Of a DNA stretch of 64,000 bases, positions 63,304-64,000 are shown one piece after another. The notes beneath the pieces are model-generated. The model was not told the DNA's origin, searched no databases, and was given only the letters and a program-made list of their open reading frames with translations. Position 1 is the first letter of the stretch. Each line of letters starts with the position of its first letter. A program made the position numbers and the translations under genes. This DNA comes from an uncultured Nitrososphaeraceae archaeon (GTDB lineage: Archaea > Thermoproteota > Nitrososphaeria > Nitrososphaerales > Nitrososphaeraceae). The stretch lies in contig CAVZZA010000004.1 of the NCBI GenBank assembly GCA_963779615.1, forward strand, positions 96,001 through 160,000, given 5' to 3'.

Positions 63304-64000
63304 GCAGGAAAAGCATAAAACAACAAATGACCGAGTAAACTAGTGAATTAACATACTGATTTATTTTTTTTCGATGTAGTTCACAATATAGATGAGAGAA
63401 AAATAGCAAAATCTGAGATGTGATATTCCCTGCAAATCTGTTTCCTTATTTGACATCCATGAGAAAAATTTCCAAAGAATCATATTCTTTTTGTATAAAA
63501 CCTTCAAAATAAGTATGAGAGCGGTGAGTCGGGAGATTAATTTTATGAATCAACCCTGAAAAAAAAGTGAATATTTCATAAAAATCATAGTTAAAGATTG
63601 TAATGGTTGGTGGGCATATATCCAATGCTGGTTGTGTATGTTTCTGCGTATCAATTGTTGGTGCCGTTGAACCTAAATTAAGATTTTTTTTGACGGTTGA
63701 TAAACCTGAAGAAAGAAATATTTTCTTTACGCTTTTTTCTCCACAACAATAAAGATTTATGGCAAAATCCTTTACTGCTTTTCCTCCTCTTATATGGCAT
63801 AATATGATGTGGTGGTAAGTGGTTTCCAATAGGGAAGACTTGAGGCCTTTTAAAAATGGGTAATCGTCATCGCTCTCTTTTTGATAAGGCTAACAAGATA
63901 GAAAAACATGGGATAAATCAAATTTGGCAATAGAACAGAGGATGTTTTGGTGGTTATGCTGTAAAAAAAAATTGTATAACATTACTTATTCAGAATTGAC

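Noticed and set aside
63446-63829. 127 aa minus-strand ORF
   Set aside because: TTG start and no recognisable motif; the region looks like decayed sequence at the window edge.

Overview
AT-rich archaeal chromosome segment, most likely from a soil ammonia-oxidising archaeon (Nitrososphaeraceae, Ca. Nitrosocosmicus-like). The assignment is inferred from class I LysRS, archaeal AroA'/AroB', a GHMP shikimate kinase, Elp3, Cache/HAMP kinases with stand-alone receivers, short IS6 relics and low GC. About 1-37 kb is a gene-sparse accessory region. It holds secreted beta-propeller and metal-binding proteins, a Rieske-FNR fusion, two sensor kinases, a ThDP enzyme close to the cyanobacterial 2-oxoglutarate decarboxylase family, a GDH-like SDR, class III PPK2, a TrxB-like oxidoreductase and an orphan EboF-like phosphodiesterase. 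It also carries many pseudogenes and relics (YVTN, DUF2334, sodium:solute symporter, cupredoxin, IS6). About 37-63 kb is mostly core genome: Trm112, TrxB, lysS, elp3, purM, gltA, nadE and a near-complete archaeal shikimate/aromatic amino-acid cluster, interrupted by an orphan beta-class DNA methyltransferase, tatC and a small Zn-finger gene. No CRISPR array, tRNA or rRNA was recognised. All family assignments come from motif recognition by eye, not from database searches.
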